Part shown: positions 25,221 through 38,225 of the stretch, in pieces
How the letters are laid out: the number at the start of each line of letters is the position of its first letter
Numbering within the stretch: the first letter of the stretch is position 1
Source of the DNA: Malacoraja senta
Lineage: Eukaryota
Direction: 5' to 3'
Assembly: GCA_038087875.1 (NCBI GenBank)
Contig: CM075977.1
Span: forward strand, 46,004,001 to 46,068,000
Length of the DNA stretch: 64,000 bases
Translations under genes and position numbers: made by a program
The notes under the pieces: generated by a model
Seen by the model: the letters and a program-made list of their open reading frames with translations, nothing else
What the model was told of the DNA's origin: nothing
Database searches by the model: none

Positions 25221-27172
25221 AGTAGTGGTGGGTAGTTTCTCAGACTGGAGGCCTCTGATCAATGTGGTGCAGGGATTAATGCTCAATCCACCTTCCTTTT
25301 TCCTGTATATTATCGATTAGGATGAGAATGTAGATGGCAGTGTGGTGGACAATGAAGAAGGTTGTCTACAGTTACAACATCATCTGGATCAACTGAGAAA
25401 GAGGGCAAAAGAATAGCAGATGGATGTGAAGTGATGCATTATCGGAAGATAACCTGGGCAGGAATTACACAGTGAATGATAGAACACTGGGCAGTATTAT
25501 AAAACAGAGAGAATAGGGGATACAAGTTCATATTTCCCTGAAAGTAGTGACAGATGAAGAAAAGGCGATGAAGAAGCCATATGGCATGCTTCCTTACATT
25601 GGACAGGGCATTGAATACAAGAGTTGGGACATCATGTTACAGCCAGAATATAGTGTGCAGTTCCTGTCAGCATACTATACGAAAGATATAATTAAGCTAG
25701 AAAGGGTGGTGGAAAGATTCATAATGATGTTGCCAGACTGCAGACCTTGAGCTAAAGAAGAGATTGGATGGGCTGGGACTGTTTACCCTGGATTCAAGGA
25801 GGCTGAGGAGTGACTTTACAGAGGTTAGTAAAATCGTAAAGTGTACATGATTAAGTGGGACACGTTGGGTGCCAGGTTCACGTGGGAGGGCTGGTACTCC
25901 AACGCAATATTCCACCTATCCACCAATTCCAATATTGGTGGCCAGTGGGAGGGCTTTCTGGAGCGTTAGCATGGGTGTTGTGGGTCAAGGCAAGTCAAGC
26001 ACAGTGAGTGCAGGGCCAACAATTCATTACAATCGATTTCAAGTCAAGTCAAGTCAATTCACTTCAGGTCGTCAAGTCAATCCACTTCAAGTCAAGTCAA
26101 TCCACTTCAAGTTAAGTCAGGTCAATCCATTTCAAGTCAAATCTAGTCAAGTCAATCCATTTCAAGTCAAGTCAACCCATTTCAAGGGCAGGTCAGACAA
26201 CTCATTGCATTGTCATTTAATTTCCAATTTTGCATTGCAGTTCCATGCACGTGCAGGGCAGGCCAAACAACTCATTGCATTTTCACTTCATTTCCAAATT
26301 TGCATTGCAGTTTCAACCACATGCAGGGCAGGCCAAACAACTCATTGCATTGTCACTTAATTTCCAATTTTGCATTGCAGTTTGAAGCACAAGCAGGGTA
26401 GGCCAAACAACTCATTGCATTGTCTTTAAGGGCTAACAAATCATTTATTGCAAGTACATTGCAGACTCACAGTTCAGTTGATTCACAGCTTAGAATCACA
26501 GTTGTGGACTCTCCCTCTCGATCTTCCAGAGTGATTGACTCACATCCAGGCATCCGGGATTTTATAGTCCTGCCCCCCCACCCCAGAAAGGGCATTACCT
26601 TCATCATGGTGATTGACAGACGAGAGGACCAATCAGCTGATCTCAAGATTTTTTAAACATTCATAACTTTTTTTTTCATCGATCTGAAAAATCCTCGGAG
26701 CTGCCTCAGCGGAGGAGGACTGTGAGTAAGATGGCCAAAAATCATAGCGATATATGGTAGCGCTTATTCTAAAATCAATATGCAGTGAAGCCAGGAAGTG
26801 GTCAAGATGATACTTTTAGTTATATATAGGTAGATAAGAGAGATTGTGAAAGTATTTTTCCTAGGGTAGGAGAGTCTAAAACTAAAGGCCATACAATTAA
26901 GACAGGAGGGGAAAAATTTAAAGAAAACCTGTGGAGCAATTTGTCACACAGAGGGTGGAGGGTATATGGATGAACTGCCAGAGGAAGTGGTAGAGAACGG
27001 TTCATTGCAATGTATTCAAAACAAATATTTCGACATGTAGATGGATAGAAAAGGTTTAGAGGAATGAGGGCCAAATGCAAGCAAATTGGACCAACTCAGG
27101 AAAGCACCTTGGTCAGCATGGATGAGTTGGGCTGAAAGGCTTTTTTCCCTGCCGTACAACTCTATGACTCTA
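25221..27172 (+). mobile_element. Old CR1 RT/3' fragment split by a Helitron
   Basis: Degenerate GMLPYIGQGIEYKSW..EYSVQF..DIIKLERV. The frame context AAAGTGTA|TAGATAAG is rejoined across 25845/26831. Confidence 0.75.
25846..26830 (-). mobile_element. Non-autonomous Helitron with (AAGTC)n and about 59-bp tandem repeats
   Basis: Inserted between A and T with no TSD. 5' end (TCTA)CCTATATATAACTAAAAGT (26830 or 26834), 3' end degenerate hairpin plus CATG. Homologous to 10456-12376. Confidence 0.75.
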
Positions 27173-28017
27173 GGTTACAGGGATACTGAATCATAAGATC
27201 ATGTGATAGGAGCAGAATTAGGCCATTCGGCCCATCATCTATTCCACCATTCAATCATGGCTGATCTATCTCTCCCATCTAACCCCATTTTCCTGCCTTC
27301 TCCCCATAACCTCTGACACCTGCACAAATGAAGAATCTATCTATATCTGCGTTAAATATATCCACGGACTTGATCCAACCAACCAGTAATACATGATCAT
27401 CATAAACAAGGAACTGCAGATGCTGGTTTACAAAAAAGGATACAAAGGGCTGGAGTAATTCAACAAGACAGATAGGATCCCTGGAGACAAGAGTAGGTGA
27501 TGTTTCAGTTCAGGACTTTTCTTCACACTGAATGTAGGTGTGGAGGGAAAGTTGGAAGAAAGGAGGGGCAGGACAAAGCAACGCAGTTAATAGAGGAACA
27601 CAGGTGAGTGGGGGGTTTGTTAGGCAGATGGTTGTACAAAGGCATGAGATGAAAAAACAGAAGGTGTGAAGCAAAAGGATTGAAGAGTTGCGAATTGTGG
27701 TTGCAAAACAGGTCTGAGTCCAAGTGCAGGATTGGGTTGGTAGGGTTTGGTGTGGGCCTCCTCTTCACCTTCTTGCCTGATTCCCATAATCCTTGACTCC
27801 ATTTTCATTGATAATTCTATCTCATTCAGATTTTAATAATCTAGTCACAACTTGCAAATGAATGGAGAATTTCAAATACTCGTGAACATCAGAGAGATCA
27901 AATTCTTCCTCATTTTCTTCTTAAATTGGTGACCCCCCTCATGCTAAAATCATACCCTTTAGTCTTAAATTCCCCCTTGAGGCGAGACATCCTTGCAGAC
28001 TCCAAACTGTTAAGCTA

Positions 28018-29058
28018 GCAATGTTACAAAATTTTGGGATTTTAAAAATCAAGTCTGCAATTTATCCCATCAGATAAAGCATAAAAAGAAGTTTAATTTG
28101 ACACCTAATTCACTTTCATATCTTCAGTATTAAAAAGGTTATGGCCGTTTTCATACTCGGAAATTAGCATCTTGTTCCCTATTGCTTTTCCATTGACTTA
28201 ACTCAAAAGCTGTGATCGAGGACAGTCAAAAGCCCATAACCTTCTTAAAAATTAAGTGAACTGAATGAAATTTTCAGTTATTATAGATTGAAGCATTCTG
28301 AAACAAATATGAAACAATCTTACTTGGATGACCTGAAATTAAAGCATATAATTAGTTAGTTACCTAATTGCAAGCTAATTACAAAATTCAATTACTAGAT
28401 CTAAACATCTATCAATTTCTTAAGAAAAGATTAACATTGTTAAATAGCCTAAGTGTCCAAATAACATTCACACAAGAATTCACAATATAACATGATTTTT
28501 AAATCTCATTGTCATGAATTTATAGGCCAAATGGAAAGAATTCCGTGTTAAATTCCGGTAAATTAATGGCCATTTAAATCATCTTGCGAGTGGGATTTTG
28601 TGGAACGCGATCGTTTGGAACGTTGCATTTGTGGTGAATTTAAACCCCATATCGGCAGGAAAAATACTGCCGGTTCGTATATTTACATAATCACCTTTTC
28701 GCAACGTAAAATTTTGATTAAAGGCATCCTAAGAAGCAAGTTTATATGTAAAATAAACGGCTTTCTTTTACCTGTCCCGTACGTGAAATCCGTCCCCGCT
28801 GTCGGCGTTGATGGCTTTAGAAGATGCTTTTTAATTTACTCCTCCTATTAAATTATCCAGTGCAGTTTAAAATAAATTTAATAAAATCGATGTCGAAGCG
28901 ATTTTTCTTCAGCATCTAAACAGCCTGTTCAAAATCGATTTGAATAGGCTGGATAAATCGTGCATTTTAAACCCGCCCCCCTCTCAAAGGCACCAAAGTC
29001 GCGCACACGGGCAGTGACAGAACTGCAGCGCCGCTGAAGGTAAGTTTTGTAACATACC
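28018..29058. mobile_element. Non-autonomous DNA transposon with short TIRs (superfamily unassigned)
   Basis: Left GCAATGTTACAAAATT versus right reverse complement GGTATGTTACAAAACT. CpG-rich interior and no coding capacity. Confidence 0.6.
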
Positions 29059-30581
29059 AATCTGAATCTTATGTTTCACCAAGAAAACTTGTCATTTTTT
29101 AAAACTCCACAATTCTGCTTATTTGATCCTCATTAAAAAACTCCACCCCAGTGAACCTCATATTGTAACTTTTTTTTCCTGTGGAGAATAATTAATAAAT
29201 TCTTCCAAACTTTATGTGAAAATAACAATATCATAACCATGTCCAGCTAAGTTATATAAAAAGAACAGTTTGTAAATGCATTGAAATTGCTTCTGTTCTT
29301 ATGCTCTTCTGCTGAGAGCATCTGTAGGTAATAGGGTCATATATCTATTCTCAGACTTCAGCCGTAACCTATCCAATTTGAATAAAACTAATCAAGGCCC
29401 ATAGAGCAACATAAGCCGGACTCATTTAGAGGTTTATTAAGATTGAGCAAGCATCAAAAGAAAGCATACAAATATAAGGATAGCTAATAACATAGTGTGC
29501 TCTAATATGATCACTATATTCTAATAACTATACACAATTTTACCCCTTAATCTGAAGCAGGATCGTTATTCTTAAGAAACATAGAAACATAGAAAATAGG
29601 TGCAGGAGGAGGCCATTCGGCCCTACGAGCCAGCACCGCCAATCATTGTGATCATGGCTGATCGTCCCCTATCAATAACCCGTGCCTGCCTTCTCCCCAT
29701 ATCCCTTGACTCCTCTAGCCCCTAGAGCTCTATCTAGCTCTCTCTTAAATCCATCCAGTGACTTGGCCTCCACTACCCTCTGTGGCAGGGAATTCCATAA
29801 ATTCACAACTCTCTGGGTGAAAAAGTTTTTTCTCACCTCAGTCGTAAATGACCTCCCCTTTATTCTAAGACTGTGGCCCCTGGTTCTGGACTCGCCCAAC
29901 ATTGGGAACATTTTTCCTGCATCTAGCTTGTCCAGTCCTTTTATAATTGTATATGTTTCTATAAGATCCTCCCTCATCCTTCTAAACTCCAGTGAATACA
30001 AGCCTAGTCTTTTCAATCTTTCCTCATATGACAGTCCCACCATCCCAGGGATCAATCTTGTGAACCTATGCTACACTGCCTCAATCACAAGGATGTCCTT
30101 CCTCAAATTAGGAGACCACAACTGTGCACAACACTCCAGGTGTGGTCTCACCAGAGCCCTATACAACTACAGAAGAACCTCTTTACTCCTATACTGAAAT
30201 CCTCTTGTTATGAAGGCCAACATTCCATTAGCTTTCTTCACTGCCTGCTGTACCTGTAAGCCAACTTTTAGTGACCCATGTACAAGGACGCCCAGGTCTC
30301 GCTGCACCTCCCCCTTACCTATCCTAACCCCATTGAGATAAAAATCTGCCCCCCTGGTTTTTACCGCCAAAGTGGATAACCTCACATTTATCTATATTTT
30401 ACTTCGGAGTCACGTGAGTGATTACGTGCAGAACCCGTCCAGCCGCACGTGCATCATTACGTCAGACGCATTGGTGCAGGCGGCCGGTTGGAGCAGCAGA
30501 GCTCCTCCAGCGGGTAAGTTTAAAACACCTTGAGGTAAGTGCAAACGTAGTCTTGAGGTTGCTTTCTGAGTCGGGGGTTGT

Positions 30582-32565
30582 TTGTTGTCGACTATGCAGA
30601 AAGCAAGCAAGGTGAAGGCGAGGCGAGCTATGTCAAAAAGTGTAGAGGATCGTGGGATTGCAGCTACCGAGGGCCTGCCCAGTTCACCAACTTTATCACA
30701 AGCAGAGCTTGCTAATGCAGACTTATTGCAAGGGAGCAGCGCTGCCGCGCCTGTAGGGCATAAGGCCACATGTAAGTCTGTTAGGCCTATAGACCCAGAG
30801 TCGGGCCAGGAGGTTTTACCTCAAGAAGAATCCATTTCCTCACGGCTCTCACAGTTAGAGCACCTAATGGAGAGGTGGCTCCAGAAAGATTATGCAGTCC
30901 AGAAAGGAGGAGGAGTGGAGTTCTCACCAGGCTATTGGAGTGCCTGTGCCAGCAGTGCCAGAAACAGGACTGCATAATTGCCCCTTCATGGAAGAAGAGG
31001 GTGTGCCAAGTCAGAGTTATACTGATACTGAGGAAATGGCTGAACATAGCCCAATGGGTGAAGGGCAAAAGGTTTTGGTACCAAATTTGGCTGCTAAATT
31101 TGAAGTCCCCAAAGAATCAGGGGAGCCATTGAGGGAAGAATTGGCTATGAGAATTAATTATATGCTCTCCCATCAGCTCCTGGAGCTGATTATGGATGAT
31201 ACGGCCAAGAAATATGAAACTCCAGTTAACTGTGGTTTGTTCAAAGTGCCAATGGTCAATCAGGTTATATGGGGCCAAATGGGGGTTGCAGTGAGAGCAC
31301 AAGAGTTGAAGCTCCAGAGGGTGCTTAAATTACTGGCTACAGGCATTACAGCGTTTGCCAGAATAGTGGAAGAGGGGCAATTGACTGAGGTTCATCAGGA
31401 CGCTCTGGGGCTTTTGTGCAGTGCACATTTTGAAATGAACAGCCTGAGAAAGAGTGCCATATGCCCCGCCATTCACCCACAATTTGCAGGACTCTGCAAA
31501 CCAAATAATGTGCAGTTACCAAATCTGTTGTTTGGGGAGGACCTCGCAAAGCGAGTTAAGGAAATGAATGAAGAGGCAAAAACTGTGGGCCTCATTAAAG
31601 TGCCAACAACCAGCAGGATGGGCAAAAGGTTTTTCTCTTATCGACGGGGTGCTGTCACAGGGACTGGTGAAGGGACCAGTCGTCCATTTGCGAACACAAG
31701 AACATGGTATCCTGCCACAGGCACAAAGCCTAAGATGAATTTCCCTACGAGGGGCCGGGGGCAACAAGCTCATTCAGGAAATGTGCAGGTAAGAGATTTT
31801 GCTCCTGAAGGAAATAAATTAAGTGGGAAAGATGTTCAAATAGGTGGCAGGTTACACCTGTTTCTTAAAGAATGGCAGGAGATAACATCAGATCCATTTG
31901 TTTATTGGAGTATAGAGGGGTTTCAAATTGAATTTTACCCAACTGTGTGTCAGCCCACTCAGCATGTCCCAACTCGGATACTTGTGTTTTCACAAGAAGA
32001 GAATCTACAGATACAGGCAGAGCTTGAGATATTGCGCAAAAAAGGGGTTATTGAGAAGTCTGTTCGTCAATCCCATCAGTTTGTGTCAAGTATTTTTCCT
32101 AGGTCTAAAAAGGATGGGGGATGTAGAATCATTCTGTACCTGACGAGCCTAAACCCTTTTGTGCAGTATAGACATTTCAAGATGGAAACGTTTTCTACTG
32201 CTAAACAGCTGGTTTCCAAAGGGTGTTTTATGGCAAGCATAGATCTCAAGGATGCTTATTATTCAGTGTCTGTTCACTGTGAGGATAGGAGATATTTGAA
32301 ATTTAGCTGGATGAGGCAATTGTGGCAATTCAAAGCAATGCCGAATGGGTTAACTTCAGCTCCCAGATTGTTGACCAAATTGTTGAAACTAATTCTTGGC
32401 TTACTCCGAACTCAGGGTCATGTGATAATGGCTTATTTGGATGATATTTTTATTGTAGGGAACTCTCGGGAGGCAGCTGAATTATCTGTTTCAAGTGTTA
32501 AACTCACTTTTGTTAGCAGTTGGGGTTTATTATCCACCCAGATAATCCAAATTAACACCAGTTAA
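30582..32565 (+). pseudogene. DIRS Gag-like (frameshift near 30900-30960) running in frame into reverse transcriptase
   Basis: Gag motifs KYETPVNC..VPMVN..IW and LLFGEDL. RT motifs IGGRL..F..EW, HFKMET, SIDLKDAY, MPNGLTSAPR, AYLDD. Confidence 0.9.
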
Positions 32566-32578
32566 AGTTATTGATTAC

Positions 32579-33718
32579 TTGGGCTTCACTATTCACTCAG
32601 ACCACATGTTAGTGACTTTGCCGAGTGATAAGAGGCAGCAGTTAATTGAAGAATGTGTTAAGCTAGTTGAAGAACAATTACCTTCAATTAGACAGGTGGC
32701 AAAGTTGATTGGCAAGCTGGTGGCTGCTTTTCCAGCAGTGCAGTTTGGGCCTCTGCATTATCAAGAATTACAAAGAGCAAAACAACAAGCATTGAGAGTG
32801 CATGCAGGCCATTTTGACAGGCCTATGAAGTTGCCAACAGAAGCTATTTCTGAGATACAATGGTGGATTATGAATGTTGCAACTAGCTCCAGGAATGTTT
32901 TGGTTGACCCACCTTCTATAATTTTGCAGACTGATATCAGTGGCCTAGGTTGGGGTGCTACTGATATGGCTTCTAGCTGTGGAGGCAGATGGAATTGTAA
33001 AGAGGCATCCCTTCTACAATTAAGAGGGATCAATTATTTAGAGCTTCTGGGAACATTTTATGGGCTTAAAGCTTATTGTTTTAACAAAAGTCAAGTGCAT
33101 GAGCAGGTTCAAATTGATAACACTACAGCAGTAGCTTATCTGAATCATATGGGTGGAGTCAAGTCAAAACCTTGTGATAGGTTGGCTAATCAGATCTGGA
33201 GTTGGTGTATTGACAGAAATATTTGGATTTCAGCAATCCATTTACCTGGTAGATTCAACATAGTCGCAGACACAAGGTCACGACAATTCAATGACAATAT
33301 AGAATGGATGTTGAATCATGACATATTTGAAAATGTTGTTGCTCGTTTTGGGACACCAGATATCGATTTGTTTGCATCTAGGCTTAACCATCAGTTGCCT
33401 AAATATGTTTCATGGGAACCAGATCCTGGGGCAGCAGCGGTTGATGCGTTCTCGCTGCACTGGGGTGGAATGTTTCTATATATTTTTCCTCCATTCTGTC
33501 TCGTCAGTCGATGCCTGCAAAAGATCAAGCAGGACTCCGCTTCAGGAGTATTGGTGGTACCCGACTGGCCTACTCAGCCATGGTATGCTCATGTTTTGAA
33601 GATGGCTACTGAGCCTCACATGATTGTTCCCAAACACAAAAACTTACTGGTGAATCCTGTAACTGGAGATCAGCATCCTTTACATGATCGTATTGATCTG
33701 TTAATTTGCAGATTCTAA
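32579..33718 (+). pseudogene. DIRS RT thumb, RNase H and DNA N6-adenine methyltransferase-like domain
   Basis: QTDISGLGWG, INYLEL, QIDNTTAVAYLNHMGG, HLPGRFNIVAD. Methyltransferase-like motifs DIDLFASRLN, VDAF, YIFPPF, VVPDWPTQPWY. Confidence 0.9.
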
Positions 33719-34689
33719 GGAGACCATACCTGGGGAGAGGACTATCCGAGCGCACCATGGATGTTATCACTGCGGCCTGGAGGGATAGTACCTAAAAGCA
33801 GTACATCTCTGTGATAAGGAAGTGGGAGGTGTTCTGTTTACAGCAGAATATTTCATATCAAAATGCATGCATCCCAGATGTGCTAGACTTTTTGTCAACT
33901 CTCTATTTCGATCAAAAGTTAAGTTATAGTGCTATCAACACAGCCAGAAGTGCTCTGTCATCATATTTACCCATGGTATCAGAATTACATGCAGTGGGGA
34001 CACATCCGTTAGTCTCTAGATTCATGAAGGGAGTTTTTAATACCAATCCTCCTAAGCCCAGGTATTCGGTTATCTGGAAAGTGAGTGAAGTTCTTATGCT
34101 GCTTCGCCAGTGGGCTCCTGTTACAGTCCTATCTCTAGCCAAACTCACCATGAAGGTGGTCATGCTTATGGCGTTGGTATCAGCCCAACGTGTGCAGACA
34201 TTACAGATGCTGCGTCTAGACAGCATGGAGGTATCAAAAGATGCCATCAGTTTGTATGTTTATGATCTGCTCAAGCAGAGTAGAATAGGGACGACAGGAT
34301 GTAAGATTATATTTTCGGCATACCCCAAGGATTCCCACCTGTGTGTAGTGTCATGTTTGTCCCATTACATTGAGGTTACCAGAAATTTAAGGGGAACAGA
34401 GTCAGCATTGTTCATTAGTCACAAAAAACCACACAATAAGGTGTCGGTGCAAACTGTCTCAAGGTGGCTAAAGCAGGTTCTGGTAAGCACTGGGATGGAC
34501 ACTGATAATTTTAAATCTAATTCCACCAGGGCGGCAGCAACTTCAGCTGCCAGGGCGATGGACGTTCCTATAGACCATATCCTCGCGGCCGCAGGATGGT
34601 CCAGTGAACTTATGTTCCAAAGGTTTTACCATAAGCCAATTACAAGGCTGGGGGGTTTTGCTGATTCTGTTTTAAGTTCAGTTATATAG
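33712..34689 (+). pseudogene. DIRS tyrosine recombinase (in-frame TAA at 33793; catalytic His replaced by Asn)
   Basis: GLSERT..AAWRDST*KQY, SYSAINTARSALS, SAQRVQT (R), KSNSTR (normally HSTR), AAGW, FQRFYHK (Y). Confidence 0.92.
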
Positions 34690-34844
34690 TTTCCCCTGGT
34701 ATGAAGGGTTTACTATAGTTTTGTTTGTAAATAAACCGTTAATTCGTTAAAGCAATATTATGATTGATGCATTATTGATTGATGAATATAGTGAGAGGCC
34801 GGGATTTGAATCTGCGGCATGAAATCACAGAGCTTTGAAATCTT

Positions 34845-34941
34845 CACGTAATCACTCACGTGACTCCGAAGTAAAATAGTAAGATTAAATGAGAACTTAC
34901 CAGTTTGAAGTTTATGAGGAGTTATGATGAGGGACTACGTG
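34845..34941. repeat. DIRS internal complementary region (ICR)
   Basis: 34845-34878 is the reverse complement of the left end 30395-30428. 34875-34941 is the reverse complement of the right end (about 35082-35157), with a small deletion. Confidence 0.92.
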
Positions 34942-37714
34942 CCCTCCACTCCCAGCCCTCATGAATGTCATCTGGTAGTTCTAGTCTTCTTTTATCTTAC
35001 TATTATACTTCAGTCACTATTACCTGTGATTTCACACCGCTGCTTTGAAGATTGACGTACGTGCGGCTGAACGGGGTTCTTCACGTAGTCCCTCATCGTA
35101 TCTCATAAAATAAAGATCAAACTTCAAACTGGTAAGTTCTCGTTTAATCTTACTATTATACTGCATCTGCCACGCATCTGCCCACTCACCCAACCTGTCC
35201 AGGTCACCCTGCAACCTCCTAACATCCTCTTGTCAGCTCACACTGCCACCCAGCTTTGTATCATCTGCAAACATCCTAGTGTTGCTCTTAATTCCCTATT
35301 CCAAATCATTAATATATATGGTAAACATTTGCAGCCCCAACACCGAGCCTTGCGGCACTCCACTCGCCACTGCCTGCCATTCTGAGAAGGACCCGTTCAC
35401 TCCTACTCTTTGCTTCCGATCTGCAAACCAATTTTCTATCCATGTCAACACCCTACCCCCAATACCATGTGCTCTAATTTTAGTCACCAGTCTCCCGTGC
35501 GGGACCTTATCAAAGGCTTTCTGAATGTCTAGATACACTACATCCACTAGCACCCCTTCATCCATAGAGTGTGATCCATATCCCTCCATTTCCCTGTATA
35601 TCCCTTTATATACAAAGGTTTGTGGGGGTGGGTTGAAAAGTAGAGTAAATGTAGATCAGATCAGCCATTATTTTATGTTAACCAGCATCTGCAGTTCCTT
35701 GTATTTCATGATCTTATTGAGTATTGGAGCAGTCTTGAAAGGCCAAGTAGCATGCTTGTAATTCACAAGTTCTTAAGTTATTTCAGATAGCCTGTTTGAA
35801 AGATTCATTAAAATATCCTTTAGTTTCTCATAGCATGTTGGGTTAGAAATTGTAGTCAATTTCTGCTCCACATTGGATTACCAAGTGTTAAAAAGCCCAC
35901 ATGCTGAGGATATGACCACACATCCCATATGCCAGCTACACTCAGAGTAGTGGATTGTCCAGCATTAGAATAACACTTCTCAGGTGAATCAATGTATGTT
36001 GTCCTCCAGGGTCTACTTATGACCCGGTGCCTTTTCCAAAATGAGAGCTTCAATAATATCCTTAAAGCATTGGGGGATAGAAATCCATCTCACTGGGGAG
36101 ATGTATTGACTCTTGACTCTTGACTTTAATATTTCCCTTAGGCAGCATAACCCTACCTTAAAGATGATTAAATTCAGCTTTCTGTTTTCCTTAGAGCTTC
36201 AATTGTATAGTATATACTGGTAAGTAGATAAGAAAACAATCAGTTTTTTCTAAGAATTTCAGCTAGGTAATTTAAAGTTATCACTTCCAATAGACACAGG
36301 GAATTTTTTGTAAATTTCTAGTGTAAGGCATTAAGGTTTTAGGTGTATGTAATTATTTCTTCCATTATCTCTTGATAGCTGAGAAAACTCTCATTAATAA
36401 ACCAAGGGTAGGTTACTTTCTGGCTCCAGGAATTGAAATTACAGAGCAAAATTGGAAGTAAATGTCATGAATGTGTACAGAATTCTTCAATCTGTCCTCT
36501 GAACAAAGGTACTGAGCACTTTGAAGTAACAGGTTTAAAATAATTGCTTCCTTAAGAATACACCAGAAAATCAAGAGTACTATAGAAAGATGTTGTAGTG
36601 CCAGGGTTCATTTGGCCCATCATGTCTTTGCCAGCTAAATGAAGGTATCGCGTGTTACCTCACTGATGGCTGAATTCTCTTTTGTTGCAGATTCCAGAAT
36701 CTGCTGTTTTATTTGTTTCTCACTTTTCACTCATTGGTCCATAGCTTTGTTGCTACTTCAGGTGCATATCCAGACACTTTTCAAAAGCGCTGGAAATTTT
36801 TGGTTGTTTCATCTTTCACACAGCGATCTCTCTGTTCCCCATTTCATACCCACACTCTACCCTCATCAGCATGACCATCAGTCTCGAGATGAAAAAAATA
36901 AGTTTTCCTATGCACTCAACCTGGACCCCTTAAACTTTGAATAATTTTTCACTCTGCCTCTCTTCCAAATTATTCATCCCTATAGTTAGAATTTTCCAAT
37001 GCTATGATACTTCCCTTGTGCTATTCCTACAGTGTGGCGGACAGAAGAGTGTGAACTGCACTAACTCGAGCATCACTACTTACAAATAATTCCATCACCT
37101 TACTATATTTATCTCAGAAAAATTCACCAACAACCATAAATATGACATATGTATTTAACGTGAGACAGACAGTACAAATAGTGCATTGATAACGTTTCTT
37201 TGAGTGATAGAAGCACCTTGTCAGAAATTCTGCTGTGGAGGTATCTACAGCCAAAACATTCTATGTATTTAATAAGCTGCTCATGAGGTAGTTGAGGCAG
37301 GTACTATTGCACCGTTTAGAAAACATTTAGATAGGTAAATGGACAGGACAGGTTTAGAGGTAAATAGGCAAAACACAGTACGAGTCTAAATGGAACATGT
37401 TGGTCAGTGAGGACCTATTTCCATACTGCATGACTCTGATTCTCTATGACTATTTATTTGATGGACATATAATTATGCCAGTTTCAGACTTCTTATTGAC
37501 GATAACCATTAACTAGCTTTCATGCGGTGCAAATTTTTCTTGTGACTTAACCATCCATCCTTGATTGTTGTCCAGATATTGGTGCATATGGGCATAGATT
37601 ATCTAATTTTCTGTGTTGTAGTAAATGCAGCTGGATATATGTAATTATTTCATATGTGAAATTATTTCATATGGCTTCATCAGCAAGGAATCAGTCTAAG
37701 TAATCACTTCAGTA

Positions 37715-38225
37715 ATCAATGGTCCTGAAGTGGAGATGGTCAAGAGCTTCAAGGTCCTAGGTATTTTGACACAGTCTAACCATATTGACAATGTGGCCAA
37801 AAAAAGGTAAACATCGACACTTCTGCCCAATCCATCACAAAACTGGCCTCCTACATATCGACCATCTATGCTTCACACGGCCACAGACAGAAGCCAAAAT
37901 AATCGGGGATAACTCACACCCCAGTCATTCTCTCTTCTCCCTTCTCCCTTCAGGCAGAAGATACAATAGCTTGAAAATACGTGCTACTATGTTGAAGAGT
38001 AGCTTTTGCCTTGCTATTATCAGACACTTGAACAGACCTCTCATAAGCTAAGGATGAACTCTTGACATTGCACTTGTTTTTTCAGTACTTTTGCTGTAGC
38101 AGTAATGTGAGATTCTGCACTCCTTTCTTCTGTTTCCCTGTTGTACTCGTATGATATGATTTGCCTGGATAGCATGCAAAATAAAGTTTTTCACGTTATC
38201 TTGGTACATTTGACAATAAAAAACC
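37715..38225 (+). mobile_element. Degenerate Rex1/Babar 3' fragment
   Basis: KIIGDNSHPSHSLFSLLPSGRRYNSL...SF..AIIRHLN, with tail TTGGTACATTTGACAATAAA. Confidence 0.75.

Larger units (their letters stand above)
30395..35157 (+). mobile_element. Full-length DIRS1-type tyrosine-recombinase retrotransposon
   Basis: Gag, RT, RNase H, methyltransferase-like and YR ORFs. Inverted terminal repeats (about 30420-30456 and 35053-35090) and an internal complementary region. Confidence 0.96.
29575..35565 (-). mobile_element. 5'-truncated CR1 (29575-30394 and 35158-35565) split by DIRS1
   Basis: YLDIQKAFDKVPH, SGVPQGSVLG, LSYEERLKRLGLYSLE, with an (ATAGAAAC)n tail. Colinear with the CR1 at 47708-48895. 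Confidence 0.92.

Noticed and set aside
29682-30197. Antisense ORFs over CR1, Gypsy and DIRS coding regions (also 47791-48198, 49098-49670, 15265-17390)
   Set aside because: These are shadow ORFs of transposon reading frames with no independent evidence.
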